From Eledone cirrhosa (lineage: Eukaryota), in assembly GCA_964016885.1 (NCBI GenBank), contig OZ024746.1:29822001-29886000 (forward strand): a DNA stretch of 64,000 nucleotides. The letters are read 5' to 3'. Of this stretch, positions 13,831 through 27,109 are shown one piece after another. A program made the translations under genes and the position numbers. The notes under the pieces were generated by a model that saw nothing but the letters and a program-made list of their open reading frames with translations, did not search any database and was not told the DNA's origin. Position 1 is the first letter of the stretch. Every line of letters begins with the position of its first letter.

Positions 13831-15739
13831 AAAGAGACTGTCCAACGCTTTAACACTTCCGTCAATCTATCACTCATGGACTAATACTTATTTTGTCGAT
13901 CCCAAAAGCATGAAAGTCAAATTTGATCTCGTCTGGATTTGAACAGAGAACGCAGTGAGTTGGAGCAAATCATGAGACATTTAATCCGACACTCGAGCGA
14001 CTCTGCCAATTTGTTCCCTTTACAAAGAAAGCGTCGTTTAAGCAGTGTCTTATACTTCCACTTCTATCAATAAGATTCTCATTACCAACTAGGTTTTAAC
14101 TTAACTATTTTGTGATATATATGACAAGATCAACAGCTACACCATCATCTTAGTCATACTTCATCAATAAGATCAGCCCCCCCCCCCCCCAATCATTTTA
14201 GTCATACTTCATCAATCTCGTATTAGTTGGCGATTGTTAGTGACATTGAGTAGACGGACATTGTGTGCAAGCTCATCAGATAGATTGTACCGGTAATTGA
14301 AAGGTCCAGACTTGTCACATATTTTGTTAGACATGTCAACTATTTTAAGAGCACACATGTATGTGGAATACTCAACCCCCTTGCACGTTAATTCAATCAG
14401 TAGATCGTTCAGTTGATCAGAAATATGGAGAATATATTTACTTTGTTGGGGGACGAATCAATTATGGAAGGGAAAGAGGGTTGAAGAGAATAACTACACA
14501 CTGATTATAGTTTACAATAAGTTGATATGTATTCAGCTGCCACATGGAATTTAGAAGCAGTCTGCCTGTAGAATGAGTGCGCTACCGAGTGTGTGTGTGT
14601 GTGTTCGTGTACGTGTGTGTATTTGTGTGCATGTGCATGTATATATATATATGTGTGTGTATGTGTGTGTGGTGGGGGGTACGTGCGTGTGTGTGTGACA
14701 GCCGATGTTGTCCCTTTGTATTACAAGTATATACTATAAAAAACAGACTGTTTATACGAAGGAGCTATGCTGGGCTATATTCATTACTCGTTGTCTGTTG
14801 TATAATGCTGAAGTTTACTCTGTTATGCTGTCTATTTCTATGAAACGCCAGATGTTATTTATACAGGAACTGATTCTTTGTTCAAAGTTGATTAGTTTTA
14901 ACGTTTAATTCTTAACGGAGAAAAAAAATTCGATCTAATTATTTGTAATATTTTTTGTGTTCTTTTATTTACATTTTTTAGAAAGAAAGACAAACTTAAT
15001 TGCATTGGCTGGTGACGCAAAAGACAGTTAATAGTTTTTTTAAACCTGTTACAAAACCTAGTTTTTGAGACATTCCGCATAAACAATTTAGCTGTCATGA
15101 AAAGAAACCATTTTGCTTTTCCTGCAGAATCATAGGAAGTATGATATAAGTTTACATATAGTATCATCCATAAATATGTTTCGATAGCAGAAATTACAGT
15201 TACTAAAATGACTGTAAATATCTTCAAGAAAGTAGAAATATGAGAGAAATTCAAAATAATTAAAAATATGAATTGAAAAATACATTAAATAATTAGAAAT
15301 GTTGTTGTCTGAATTATCTACACATCTTTTCATTAATGACGCTAATTTGTTATTTATTAATTTTCATTATGCAAATATATCATCAATTATTCAAGGTAAG
15401 AGGAGAGAGTGAAGAAGATTAAGCGAAGAGATAGATAGATAGATAGAGAGAGAGGGAGAGAGGGTGGGTGGGGGTGGAATCCTGTATAGCTGTTGGGATG
15501 ATACATATATGCATGCATTTGTTGGTTTTGTTATTAAAGGAGATAGTAAGAAATTCCTATGAAACACTTTCTTTCTTGGTTTTTCACCCCACCCCTCACT
15601 TGTGGGTTGCTATAGCAACAGTGCTGGCATTTCATTATTCTGTACAAGCAGAAGGTGAAAGGTTGAATGAAGAGACACAAGTAGAATGAGAGGCAGGAGA
15701 GGGTTGCCAACAACAGCAGCAGAAGCAGAAGCAGCGTGT

Positions 15740-15780
<41 letters not shown>

Positions 15781-15800
15781 TAGTAGTTTTGGTATTATCA

Positions 15801-16558
15801 TGACAGTATCGGTAGAGGGTCGGACGCAATGCTTTGACGTATAGAGTTACGGCCCTTGCCATTGTGAGATCAAATCCCACCGAGGTTAACTTTGCCTTTC
15901 ATCCTTACGAGGTCGATAAAATAAAGTACCAGGAATGCACTGGGTAATTGCTGGTCTTGTGCCAAATGTAGAAACAATTATTATTATTATTATTAAGGGT
16001 GGTGAATTGGTAATATCGGTAGTGCGTCGGACACCCTGCTTTACAACATAGAGTTATGAGTTCGAATCAGGCCGAGGTTAACTTTACTTTTCATCGTCAC
16101 GGGATCGATAAAATAAAGCACCATTAATGCAATGGGTAATTCTTGTTCTTGTGCCAAAAGTAGAAACAATTATTATTTGTCGAACAATACGCTTTACAGC
16201 ATGTAGTTACGGCCCTTTACGTTCTGAGTTCAAATCCTGCCGGGTTAGCTTTACCTTTCAACCTTACGCGCTCAATAAAATATAGTACCAGTAACGTACT
16301 AGGGTCGATTTAATCGACTTCCCCGCTCCCCTCCAAAAAAGATTGTTGGCTTTCTGCCTAAATAAGAAACCATTATTTTGACAGTATCGGTAGAGGGTCG
16401 GACGCGATGCTTTACAGCATAGAGATACGGCCCTTTACGGTCTCAGTTCAAATCCCACCGAGGTTAACTTTGCCTTTCATCCTTACGAGGTCGATAAAAT
16501 AATGTACCAGTAATGCACTGGGATAATTGCTAGCCTTGTGCCAACAGAAGAAACACTT
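15801..16558 (+). mobile_element. Cluster of four head-to-tail SINEs (major family)
   Basis: Copies start near 15801, 15998, 16178 and 16378, each with GAGTTCAAATC-like B box and tagaaac-like tail, separated by (TTA)n. Confidence 0.85.
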
Positions 16559-16984
16559 ATTATTATTGGCGACTGACATGTGAAGACTTGTCATTGGTTT
16601 ATTTATTTTAGGTTGGATGAATTGTGATGTATATCTGTATAAATACTACTATCAGGAGACAGACAGTTCAAGTGTCACATCTTTGAACCTGCATGAAAAC
16701 CCAAATCAGGACTCAAAGGTCATCTGGGTGCACATGATTTTGCAATGTTCAATGAAGAGGTGACAAGAAGTATCAATCAACATGTTTATATGCATGTGTG
16801 TATGTAGATATGTATGTATGTATGCATTTATGTATGCATTTATGTATGTATCAAGGGCGGTGAAACTGAGGCAAGGCGGTGAAACTGAGGCAAAGCGGGG
16901 AGCATGGGAGCCCAATTTTTTATATTTTTCTTCCACCCAAACTACCAAAAACACACATCTATTTGTATATGTGCTACAAGTTAT

Positions 16985-17600
16985 GTAAAGATAGATGGGA
17001 CGGATAGATACAGATATAGAGTGGGGTCGTGATAATTGATATAGAGTGGAACGTTGGGAGAGTGTGTTGTATATTAGATATTGAGAGGAGGAGAGATTGA
17101 TGTTTATTGATATAGAGAGGGGGATTGTAAGAGAGTTCCGTGGGGTAGATATAGAGAGAGGGATTTGAAGAGAGTTTCGGGAGGTAGAGATAGAGAGGGA
17201 GAGCGTTTGGTCGTGATGGATAGAGTGAAAGGGAATGTGAGAGAGTGTTGTATAGTAGACATAGCGAGGGGAGAGATTGATGGTCATTAATAAAGAGAGC
17301 GGGAGAGTTTGGTGTAAATCGATATAGAGAGGGGGTTGGGCGAGTTAAATTTACTAAATATAGAGGGGTTGGGGTTGGGAGAGACAGTATCGTAAAAGGC
17401 ATAGAGGGGAGAGTTTGTGATGGATTGAAAGAGAATGATTACGAGAGTGTGGTAGAGATGGCAGGGGGGGGGGAGTTTGGAGATGATTGATATAAAGAGG
17501 GGATTAGGAAAGTATTTTGTATGTTAGATATAGAGAGAGGGAGAATTTGGTGGTTGAAGATATAGAGAAAGGATAATGGGAGAATGTCGTCTAGTAGACA
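16985..17600. repeat. Degenerate GA-rich minisatellite
   Basis: Recurring gatatagagagggggagagtttg-like units. Confidence 0.7.
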
Positions 17601-17958
17601 TAGAGAGGGTCCCCAATAATAGGAGGGGGAATACGGGCTGGGGAGCCTTGGGGAATCTGTAAATTCCATGTTTACGCTCGTAAATATGGAATTTTTTGTA
17701 GTATTATCTTTTTGTCGTGTATAATGTTTATTTAATGTAAAATAAAATAGTTAGCCCTGACAGTACGTGAATTATTGACGAACGTAAGACTGAAAAATCA
17801 ATACCGAACTAGAGTTTAAATATTTATTTATTATGGCTAAGTGCTGAGCCTTGTTACTCTGGTGTTTTTTACCTGCGTAATTACAGGATCATCAGAAATG
17901 ACTGGTAATCCTATAAGTGCGCAGCTGAAATTTTAGAGTAACGCAGCTCACCAAACCC

Positions 17959-18019
<61 letters not shown>

Positions 18020-18086
18020 CGTAAAATAAGAAAATATTTTTTTTTTAAATTTTAAAAAATTTTTTTACTTACTTACTTAAATTTTC

Positions 18087-18168
18087 ACTCCAACTAATTA
18101 GTTTCTGCAATGGGATAAAGACAGTTACGTAATCAAACTGTCGAGAATTCATTGCGTCATCAGGGAGT
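18087..18168 (-). ncRNA. Type I hammerhead ribozyme (canonical CUGAUGA, extended stem II, palindromic stem III)
   Basis: Minus: ACTCC|CTGATGA|C-GCAATG..GACAGTT..AACTGTC..CATTGC-A|GAAA|CTAATTA|GTT^|GGAGT. Confidence 0.85.
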
Positions 18169-18648
18169 CTATTCTCAGTTAAGTCTCCAGGCAATGCGCG
18201 GACACTGGCGGCTCATATAAAAATAATAATAATTCGGTAGATCGAACAGCTGGCGAGGACTGGATTCTATGTACCGAAATTCTCACTGCTTCAGGTCAAA
18301 TGGCCGATTCTAAAGAATCAGTCACGTGACACAGAGGCTAGTTAGAAGGAATGGGATGGTAAGATGACTGACGCCTACTAACACGCCAAAAAAAATTTTT
18401 TTTAGAAGTGGTTTTGGCAAGTTTGCGCGACAAATCAGTGATTTGGAGATAAATATAGATAATTTAATATATCAACTAAAATAAGCGCACAGATGCACGC
18501 CCATGCTAGCAAATACACAGGTTATGTCATAGTACCTAGGTGGTTCAATGCAGGAGAATGCAGAACAATAATATAAAAGACGTAAAATAAGAAAATATTT
18601 TTTTTAAATATTTTTTTTTAATTTTTTTACTTACTTACTTAAATTTTC

Positions 18649-18730
18649 ACTCCAACTAATTAGTTTCTGCAATGGGATAAAGACAGTTACGTAATCCAAC
18701 TGTCGAGAATTCATTGCGTCATCAGGGAGT
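18649..18730 (-). ncRNA. Type I hammerhead ribozyme (second unit of the 561-bp element)
   Basis: Same motif as 18087-18168. Confidence 0.85.
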
Positions 18731-18974
18731 CTATTCTCAGTTAAGTCTCCAGGCAATGCGCGGACACTGGCGGCTCATATAAAAATAATAATAATTCGGT
18801 AGATCGAACAGCTAGCGAGGACTGGATTCTAATATATATATATATATATATATATGTAAAAGTTCTATTTAAATTGTTGGGATACAACAAGCAAATATTT
18901 TTATATCTGATATAAAGCACTCAACAAATATTTGGAGTAAAAATACGATATTATAGTTTCCATTTGTTAATATC

Positions 18975-19024
<50 letters not shown>

Positions 19025-19051
19025 GATATAGAGAAAGGAACATTTGGTTCT

Positions 19052-19150
19052 AATCATTTTCTAACCCAGAAAAAAAGAGAGAAAGAAATAAAAAAAGGAA
19101 AAAAATATATTTTTCTTCCTAATAATCGTCTCATTCTCTCTGTTTTCATA
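19052..19150 (+). mobile_element. 3'-end fragment of the pLTR-like family at 47123 and 63263
   Basis: aatcattttctaacccagaaaaaagagag...cttcctaataatcgtctc...ttttcata shared with those copies. Confidence 0.8.
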
Positions 19151-19187
19151 TATAAATGTATATATCCTAACTCATGTGCTTCCTCTC

Positions 19188-19275
<88 letters not shown>

Positions 19276-19377
19276 AATGAATAATAACAGGTAGACATCA
19301 TAAAAAGGTAATTTATTCCGTGTGCTTACAAGTGTTTCCACGGTGGTACTACAGCCTAGTTATGCTATGTGCAAATT

Positions 19378-19457
<80 letters not shown>

Positions 19458-19529
19458 CATATATATGTATATATGTATATATGTATATACATATATACAT
19501 ACATATATACATATATATGTGTGTGTATA

Positions 19530-19560
<31 letters not shown>

Positions 19561-19580
19561 ATTTGTGTGTATAAATATAT

Positions 19581-19766
19581 ATAAATGGAAAAAATTTCAT
19601 TTCTCACTCTTAGTACGGCTGATACTTAAATATCAGTATGTATACGTACATACATATATGTATACAGACGTACAGTAGTATGTGTATACATACATACATG
19701 CACACACATATATATGTACGTATGGGTTTACCGAACATTTATTATAACGCTCGGTTTGTTTGTAAA
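19581..19766 (-). mobile_element. Fragment of the ~420-nt circularly permuted HHR element
   Basis: Left half matches 50732-50808; right half matches 46270-46385. Confidence 0.75.
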
Positions 19767-20941
19767 GAAGCATATAGGAGATGAATACATTGGGTATAAT
19801 ACCAGTTTATTATCAAATGCATGCGAAGAAGCTCGATATATCAACCCTTTAGGAATGGGTACAGAGCGTCATTTTTTTTTTTTACATTATATATATGTTT
19901 CTCTCCACACCAATACACGCATCTATTTGGATATGCGCTACAATTAATGTACGTATTATGTTTATCGCATATCGAAGTTTCCTAACCGTTTTACATTGCA
20001 AAGAGCTAAGCTAACCACTACAACTAAATTGCCCCCCCCCCCCCCACCTGTTCAGAAATGCTTCCATCGCCCCTGTGTATGTATGTATGTATGTATGTAT
20101 GTCCATATATATATATGTAGTACGTTTATATGTATGTGTGTATGCCCATATTTATGTATGTATGCGTATATGTTTGTATGTATGTGTCTGTGTATATGTG
20201 TATGTGTGTATGCATATATATATATATGTGTGTGTGGGGGGTCTGTACATATCTACGTATTTATACAGTGTCTAACGGTAACATGAACCAGCCAGTGAAA
20301 GTTTGTTACTTTCTTTCGATCAACTCTTTGATGTGAAGAACCTCAGGTTTATATTGTCTTATATCCTTGGAGGAGGTGAGAACTGAAAAGAAGTTATACC
20401 GATACTTACGTATGTCCAGAAGTAACGTAAAGTAAGTAGAAAATAAGAAAAGATGAGTAGAATAACAAGGTAAATGAATAGGGCGAATAATTTTAGGTGT
20501 AGCTTGTAAAAATTGAAAAGATGGAAATGAGAAAATAATGGAATAATACGTTGAACAATAGAAAAGAAAGATATCTATTAGGTCTGTGGTCTCTCTGCAT
20601 TACTACTGCACTCTGGAGCCAGGGATTTTATTATAGAAAATAGTAACCTAAGTAAACACGAAAGAACAGCCTAACTCCCACTGTCACCGCCTCCATACCT
20701 GTCACCCTCCCCATCTTTCCGTATGTTGACCAAATGGGGTCCCGCTTTCTGGCCTCCCTACAGCCTCGGCGGACATAGAAATCTACATCTGAAGCCGAAA
20801 GACAATGAATAAGGAAGAATCAGAAGTAAAATATATTTTTCAAAATACGTCATGAATAAAAACGGCTAAAAGTTGATGATGATCTTCATGGAGATAACGA
20901 AGAAGGGAAGAGATGATAAAAGGAAAATGAAGAAATAAAAT

Positions 20942-21418
20942 AATTGTTTCTACTTTTGGCACAAGTCCAGCAATTATCCCAGTGCATTACTGGTACTTTA
21001 TTTTATCGACCCCGTAAGGATGAAAGGTAAAGTTAACCTCGTCAGGATTTGAACTCAGAGCGTAATGACTTCTAATTTAGGCACAAGTGTTACCATCGTT
21101 TTAGTGGACCGGGTAGGTGAAATAATGGTCCTACGTATTTACGTTAGTATTTGCAATACTCCTTAAGATCTTTTCTTATATAGAATCATAACAGAAGGTT
21201 TTTAGATAAATATAAATACTTCAAAATAAACAGTTTTGTAAAAAGCCAGCGGTGGTTTCAATTGGGTTGGTATGAAAAGGTTTAAACTCATATACACTTC
21301 TTGAACATTATGACATTTAACAGGTTGACTTTGCCTTTCATCCTTACAGGGTCAATAAAATAAAGTACCAGTAATGCACTGGGTAATTGCTGGCCTTGTG
21401 CCTAAAGTAGAAACAATT
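20942..21418. mobile_element. Two partial SINEs in inverted orientation (20942-21065 -, 21322-21418 +)
   Basis: Major-family SINE central domain and tail on opposite strands. Confidence 0.8.
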
Positions 21419-22362
21419 ATGACATTTAACATGTATCTTACGAAGATTCATACATAAAATATTCTTCAATTATAGGAGACAGCAAGATTAATAACAATCC
21501 TGATTTTATATTTTCACTGAAAACAATGACACAGCTTCTTAAATATTTATGAATGAACGAATGATATCATTGTTTTCTTTTTAACTCAAAAGAATCTGTG
21601 AAGTAAATTTAAGTTAATCGGCGTCTTAGGAATTTACAAAGAATTCTCTGTTTGTTCGAAATTCACAAGATATAAATGGGCATATCAGATTCACCGACAT
21701 TTTGTTAACATTGAAAAACATGTTTTGTATGTTTTTTTTGTTTTTTATTTGTCTAATGTGCTTTTGTACATTCGAATGTATGCTATTGTTACATGAAATC
21801 AAAACATTTTTTTATCTGTTAAAATCCTTACTAGCTTGAGGCGACAAGAAAACAAGGAGTTTGATTTTTTTTCTGGGGCATTCACAATGTAAGTGGTCAG
21901 AGAGCGAGAAATGAATAAACAAAATATCTAAGTGTATTGTATCTGCTTGTTGGTAGTTTACATACAACTAGAAGAAAAATGATAAACCAGAGATCTCCTA
22001 GAAATAGATATCAAATATCTTTGAAACCTTACTTTGCTGGTTTAAACAAGGAAGGACATATTCTATGAAGTTGTCTTATATGCATTGCATAAAAAATTGG
22101 CAAGAGTGGTGTAGTCATGGTTGAATATACATGAGTAACGGGAATAATACCTTGCAACAGCATAGAAAACCACCAGCCGGCCTGGCAATCTAACTGATAA
22201 CATTTCAATCATGGGTTGACTGATTTGAAATAAAATAACAAACAAAAATATTTCTTCAGAAAAACGAAACGTTCCTCCCAGAATGAAACATCAGAAAAAA
22301 CATTATCACTTCTGATAATTTGCACACAGACACAGACACACACACACACATACACACACACA

Positions 22363-22477
<115 letters not shown>

Positions 22478-22639
22478 GTATGTATGTATGAATATATATA
22501 AATGACAACGTTTTATATAGATAAGAAATTAATTTTTATGCAGCTGGTATGTATATATTACTAAATATAATCATGTAATTGATTAAGAAATAGTGAGGTA
22601 TTTTCTAAACCCCTTAATGGTTTCAAACAAGGAATTTCA

Positions 22640-22805
22640 CACCAGCAACCCCAAGTGCATTACTGGTACTTCATGTTATCGACTCCGTAAGGATGAAAGG
22701 CAAAGTTAACCTCGGCGGGATTTGAACTCGGAACGTAAAGGGTCATAACTCTATGCTACAAATCATGGCGTCTGATGCTCTACCGATACAGCCAATCCAT
22801 CGCCA
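22640..22805 (-). mobile_element. SINE (major family)
   Basis: Reverse complement of the head, B box and central domain. Confidence 0.85.
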
Positions 22806-23128
22806 ATTAGCTTGAATAATATAAAGAACATCTGCAATTAAATGACTTCTGGAATCAATTATCAAAGAAAAGATCTTTCTACTACTATACATCAGAATAT
22901 AATCTAAGGTATGTTTTTTAAATAAAACAAATGTTTAAACATGCTGAGAAATTCTTCCATGGCAGACCGATTATCTATTACATGTTCATTATATGTTTAA
23001 TTAATATAAAATTGCAAGTCATGGCTAAAAGGTAAACTTGTCACGCACATACACGCAACAACAACAACAGCAACAATAATAATAACAGTAATAATAATAA
23101 TAATAATGATAATAATAATAATAATAAT

Positions 23129-25672
23129 AAAAACATAGGCACTAAAAATAGACTGGAAATAAAATACAAAACTAGGAGTAAAAAGCTAAATATTATCATA
23201 GAGGAATTGAAGCAACGCATTGTAGCAAAGAGTGCCAAAATCAGGCGATACGAGAACAGAGTCAGTCAGTATAAACAGAACCGCATGTTCGACAACAACC
23301 AGAAGATGCTGTTTGGACAGCTTGAGGGGAAAGAAAGAGGCAACGACTTGATCCCTGGGGCGGAACAAGCTAAAACATTCTGGAGAGGAATATGGGAGCA
23401 GGATGTTAGACACAATGCCCAGGCAGGGTGGATTGAGACAGTACAGAGGGAGATCGGTGAGAAGGCACAACAACAGACTGATTTGAGTATCACAGTTGAA
23501 ACTCTTAAGGGGCAAGCCAAAAAACTAACCAACTGGAAATCACCAGGCCCAGATGGTGTGCAGGGGTATTGGATTAAACATTTAACATCCCTCCACCCGA
23601 AGCTGACGGCCATGTTCAATGACTGCTTGGTGTCGGGTGAGGTGCCAGAGTGGTTGACAAAAGGTACCACAGTTCTGATAATGAAAGACCGAATCAAGGG
23701 TAATGATGTTACCAACTATAGACCTATCACATGTCTGCCCGTAATGTGGAAACTGTTGACGAGCATTGTGTCTGAGGAAATCTACCATCACCTCCACACA
23801 AACAACTTGTTACCGGACGAACAGAAAGGATGCCGAAAGAAGTCACGTGGTACAAAGGACCAGTTGCTTATTGATAAGATGGTAATGGGGAATTGCAGGA
23901 GGAGACACACTGATCTTGCCATGGGATGGATAGACTACAGAAAGGCATTTGACATGGTGCCTCATTCCTGGATCACCAAAAGCCTGGAGGTCTTCAGGGT
24001 GGCAGATAACATCAGACAGTTGCTGGGCAGGAGTATGGGGTCCTGGGAGACAGAGTTGACATCAACTGGAGTATCCTTGGGAAGCGTAAAGATCAAGAGA
24101 GGTATCTTCCAGGGAGATAGCCTGTCCCCTCTGTTGTTTGTCCTTGCCCTGATGCCCTTGACCATTATGCTGCGAAAAGTGAGAGCAGGATACAAGTTGG
24201 GAAGGGGAGAGCTTACCATCAATCACCTCCTCTTCATGGACGATCTTAAGCTCTTCGGGAAAAGTGAGAAGGAGTTGGATGTGCTTGTTGACACTGTCCG
24301 TATTTTCAGCAGTGATATATGTATGCAGTTTGGTATTGGTAAATGTGGAGTCATTGTGATGAAGAGGGGTAGGTTGAGCAGAAGTAACGGGATCCAGATA
24401 CGAACAGGTGAGATGATAAAGGAAATTGACTCTGAGGAAGGATACAAGTATTTGGGCGTTCTGGAGGCTGATGGCATAAAGAACAAAAAAATGAAGGAAT
24501 TGTTAAGAACTGAATACATTCGGAGAGTAAGGAGCGTATTGAAGTCACATCTGAACAGCAGAAATGCCATAAGCGCAGTAAATTCCCGAGCTGTGTCTAT
24601 TATTAGGTACAGTGCGGGAATTCTGAGATGGAATGTTGCTGAACAAAAAGAAATGGATAGGAAGACTAGGAAGCTATTGACTATCTACAACATGTTCCAC
24701 AAGAGGAGTGATGTCGATAGACTCTACCTAAGGAGATCTGAGGGTGGAAGAGGTCTTATCAGCATAGAGGACTGTATTCAGATGGAGAAAAACAACCTAT
24801 ACAAATACGTGACCTATAGTAAGGAGCCAATGCTCAGAACTGTACTGAAGGAGGGGACAGTAGGCCAGGGGATGTCCAAGGAGGAAATAACATCAAGGAG
24901 GAAGAGCAGCCTTAAGGGAAAATCCCTTCATAGTACCTTCTTTGAGAAAACTGAATTTAGAGATCCACAGACATGGAACTGGTTGAGAAGAGGAGACCTC
25001 AAAAAGGCTACAGAAGGAATGCTAATGGCTGCGCAGGAGCAGGCCCTCAAAACGAAGTGGTTGAAGCACCATATCTACAAGGAGGAGGCTAGCCCACTGT
25101 GCAGGATCTGTGGAGAGAGAGAGGAGACTGTGGCTCACATTGTGTCCGAGTGTAAACACCTAGCCCAGACCCACTATAAGGGCTGGAGACACGATGTGAT
25201 GGGCAGGGTGATCCACTGGCACCTGTGCAAAGTAAACAATCTACCACACTCTGAGAAATGGTATGAGCATAGGCCAGAGGCGGTGATGGAGAACAGTCAG
25301 GTGAAGGTGCTGTGGGATTTTAGGATACAGACGGACAAAAAACTGGAACACAATAGACCTGACCTGGTGGTTGTGGACAAAGAAAAAAGATCGTGCCTGA
25401 TTGTGGATGTGGCCTGCCCGTTCGACACGAGAGTGCAAGAGAAGGAGAGGGAGAAAATTAACCGATACCAGGACCTAAAGTGGGAGGTGAAAAGGATTTG
25501 GAACTGCCATGAAGTCAAAGTGATCCCGATTGTCATAGGCGCACTGGGGACTATCTCCAAAGGTTTCCAGGGATGGTTAAAGAAAATCGGCCCCTTCACG
25601 CTTTTTGGAACGCTTCAAAAGGCATGCTTGCTTGGAACAGCAAGAACCCTCCGATACGTCCTGTATATCTGA
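23129..25672 (+). CDS. Reverse transcriptase with C-terminal zinc knuckle and restriction-like endonuclease (N-terminally truncated)
   Basis: Frame open from ~23129 (ORF track 23207..25672). Motifs KSPGPDG, NYRPITCL, EQKG, DYRKAFD, GIFQGDSLSPLLF, LFMDD, CRICGEREETVAHIVSEC, RHD, RPD..D, KINRYQDL. Confidence 0.93.
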   Translation, partial: KNIGTKNRLEIKYKTRSKKLNIIIEELKQRIVAKSAKIRRYENRVSQYKQNRMFDNNQKMLFGQLEGKERGNDLIPGAEQAKTFWRGIWEQDVRHNAQAGWIETVQREIGEKAQQQTDLSITVETLKGQAKKLTNWKSPGPDGVQGYWIKHLTSLHPKLTAMFNDCLVSGEVPEWLTKGTTVLIMKDRIKGNDVTNYRPITCLPVMWKLLTSIVSEEIYHHLHTNNLLPDEQKGCRKKSRGTKDQLLIDKMVMGNCRRRHTDLAMGWIDYRKAFDMVPHSWITKSLEVFRVADNIRQLLGRSMGSWETELTSTGVSLGSVKIKRGIFQGDSLSPLLFVLALMPLTIMLRKVRAGYKLGRGELTINHLLFMDDLKLFGKSEKELDVLVDTVRIFSSDICMQFGIGKCGVIVMKRGRLSRSNGIQIRTGEMIKEIDSEEGYKYLGVLEADGIKNKKMKELLRTEYIRRVRSVLKSHLNSRNAISAVNSRAVSIIRYSAGILRWNVAEQKEMDRKTRKLLTIYNMFHKRSDVDRLYLRRSEGGRGLISIEDCIQMEKNNLYKYVTYSKEPMLRTVLKEGTVGQGMSKEEITSRRKSSLKGKSLHSTFFEKTEFRDPQTWNWLRRGDLKKATEGMLMAAQEQALKTKWLKHHIYKEEASPLCRICGEREETVAHIVSECKHLAQTHYKGWRHDVMGRVIHWHLCKVNNLPHSEKWYEHRPEAVMENSQVKVLWDFRIQTDKKLEHNRPDLVVVDKEKRSCLIVDVACPFDTRVQEKEREKINRYQDLKWEVKRIWNCHEVKVIPIVIGALGTISKGFQGWLKKIGPFTLFGTLQKACLLGTARTLRYVLYI

Positions 25673-25747
25673 GGCTGCAGGTAGTGGCTTGATATTCAAT
25701 CCAACGGACTTTCCAGTTAACCAACATCAATGACTGAGATTCAAGGA
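23129..25747 (+). mobile_element. R4/Dong-clade non-LTR retrotransposon, 5'-truncated, inserted in (TAA)n
   Basis: RT plus CCHC plus restriction-like endonuclease ORF, short 3' UTR, and (TAA)/(CAA) tracts on both sides. Confidence 0.92.
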
Positions 25748-26450
25748 ATAACAATAACAATAATAATAATAATAATAGTAATGATCAGTGATTCGGATTC
25801 AAAGGAGCGAAAAAGAAATTAATAAATTAAGACAGCGAAATACTCACAAAAATCAATATGGAGGAAATAGTTGAAAGTTTTCTACAGTCTGATATTGATG
25901 GCAAACCTTCTATATTTATAACACTGTCTGTTTAATGGGTTGTCATCAGATTGTTTACACATGCCAATCAGAGGTGTAACATTGACTGGCTTCTCTTGAC
26001 AAGGTGTGAACATCGCCTGAAATGAATTAACGTCTTGGGACAAAATATTGTCGACATTATGATGGTATATACGAGACAGATAAATCTGAGATAGATATTC
26101 AGATATGATATCTCACATAGGAATATACTCTAAAGCTAATTAGAGGTAAATTTAAATAAATAAACAGTTGTTTCACGAAAGAAAATTTTAATCACATCTC
26201 ATGCTACCACTATTTCGTATTATGCATTATTTATAACTACAATATCAGTCACATACACACGCACACACACACACACACACACTTATTTATATATATATAT
26301 GAAGATGACTTAGTTTTAGTATAGACATTTAGTTCATTATTGGTTTAGTTTTTATGAATGTATTATTTACGTGTAGGACATTCAATAAATACTTTACCAT
26401 TGTTCTAGCTATATCTACGTTCAGATTTATGTATTTGGCGACCGTACTTG

Positions 26451-26572
<122 letters not shown>

Positions 26573-26636
26573 GAGTGCGTGTATATATATATATATATAT
26601 GTGCGTGTGTATGCATGTATAGATATGTATATATTT

Positions 26637-27100
26637 TAAAGGAAGTTCTCATCAGACAAGGTATTTTCCAAGGGGACTCATTATCACCTTTTTTGTTTAT
26701 CATTATACTGATTCCCCTTACACCTGTTCTTAGAGAAATAAATTGCACGTCGAAAGACTTCATGACTATAAACCATCTATTCTTCATAGACGATTTAAAG
26801 TCGTATGGCTGTAACGAAATTTAGTTTGGATAAGTTCAAAACCTTGACAATGAAAAAGGGCAAAGATAGATGATATTGAAATGCCTGATTGTGAAACATT
26901 GAACAAACAGGTTACACATACTTGGGCATGTTTGCATGATGCAGGATTAGAACAGGTGAAATGAGACGAAATATTGAAAATGCGTACACCAGGAGAGTGA
27001 GAAAATTAACCAAATCAATACTGTATGGATTAAACATCTGGATTAAAACAATGGGCTTTAAGAGTTTTAAGAGTAGTGTTGCTGGAATATTTGATTGCGC
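26637..27100 (+). pseudogene. Degenerate R4/Dong-type RT fragment
   Basis: RQGIFQGDSLSPFLFIIILIPL...INHLFFIDDLKSYG, followed by stops. Confidence 0.8.
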
Positions 27101-27109
27101 GAAACATTT

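Larger units (their letters stand above)
18014..18831 (-). mobile_element. Partial tandem (~1.45 units) of a 561-bp non-coding HHR element in (TA)n
   Basis: aaaagacgtaaaataag at 18014 and 18575; flanked by TA runs; third copy at 34837. Confidence 0.85.

Noticed and set aside
14898-15333. Hydrophobic minus-strand ORFs in unique AT-rich sequence
   Set aside because: No recognisable motif, needs a frameshift, and has no convincing splice sites.
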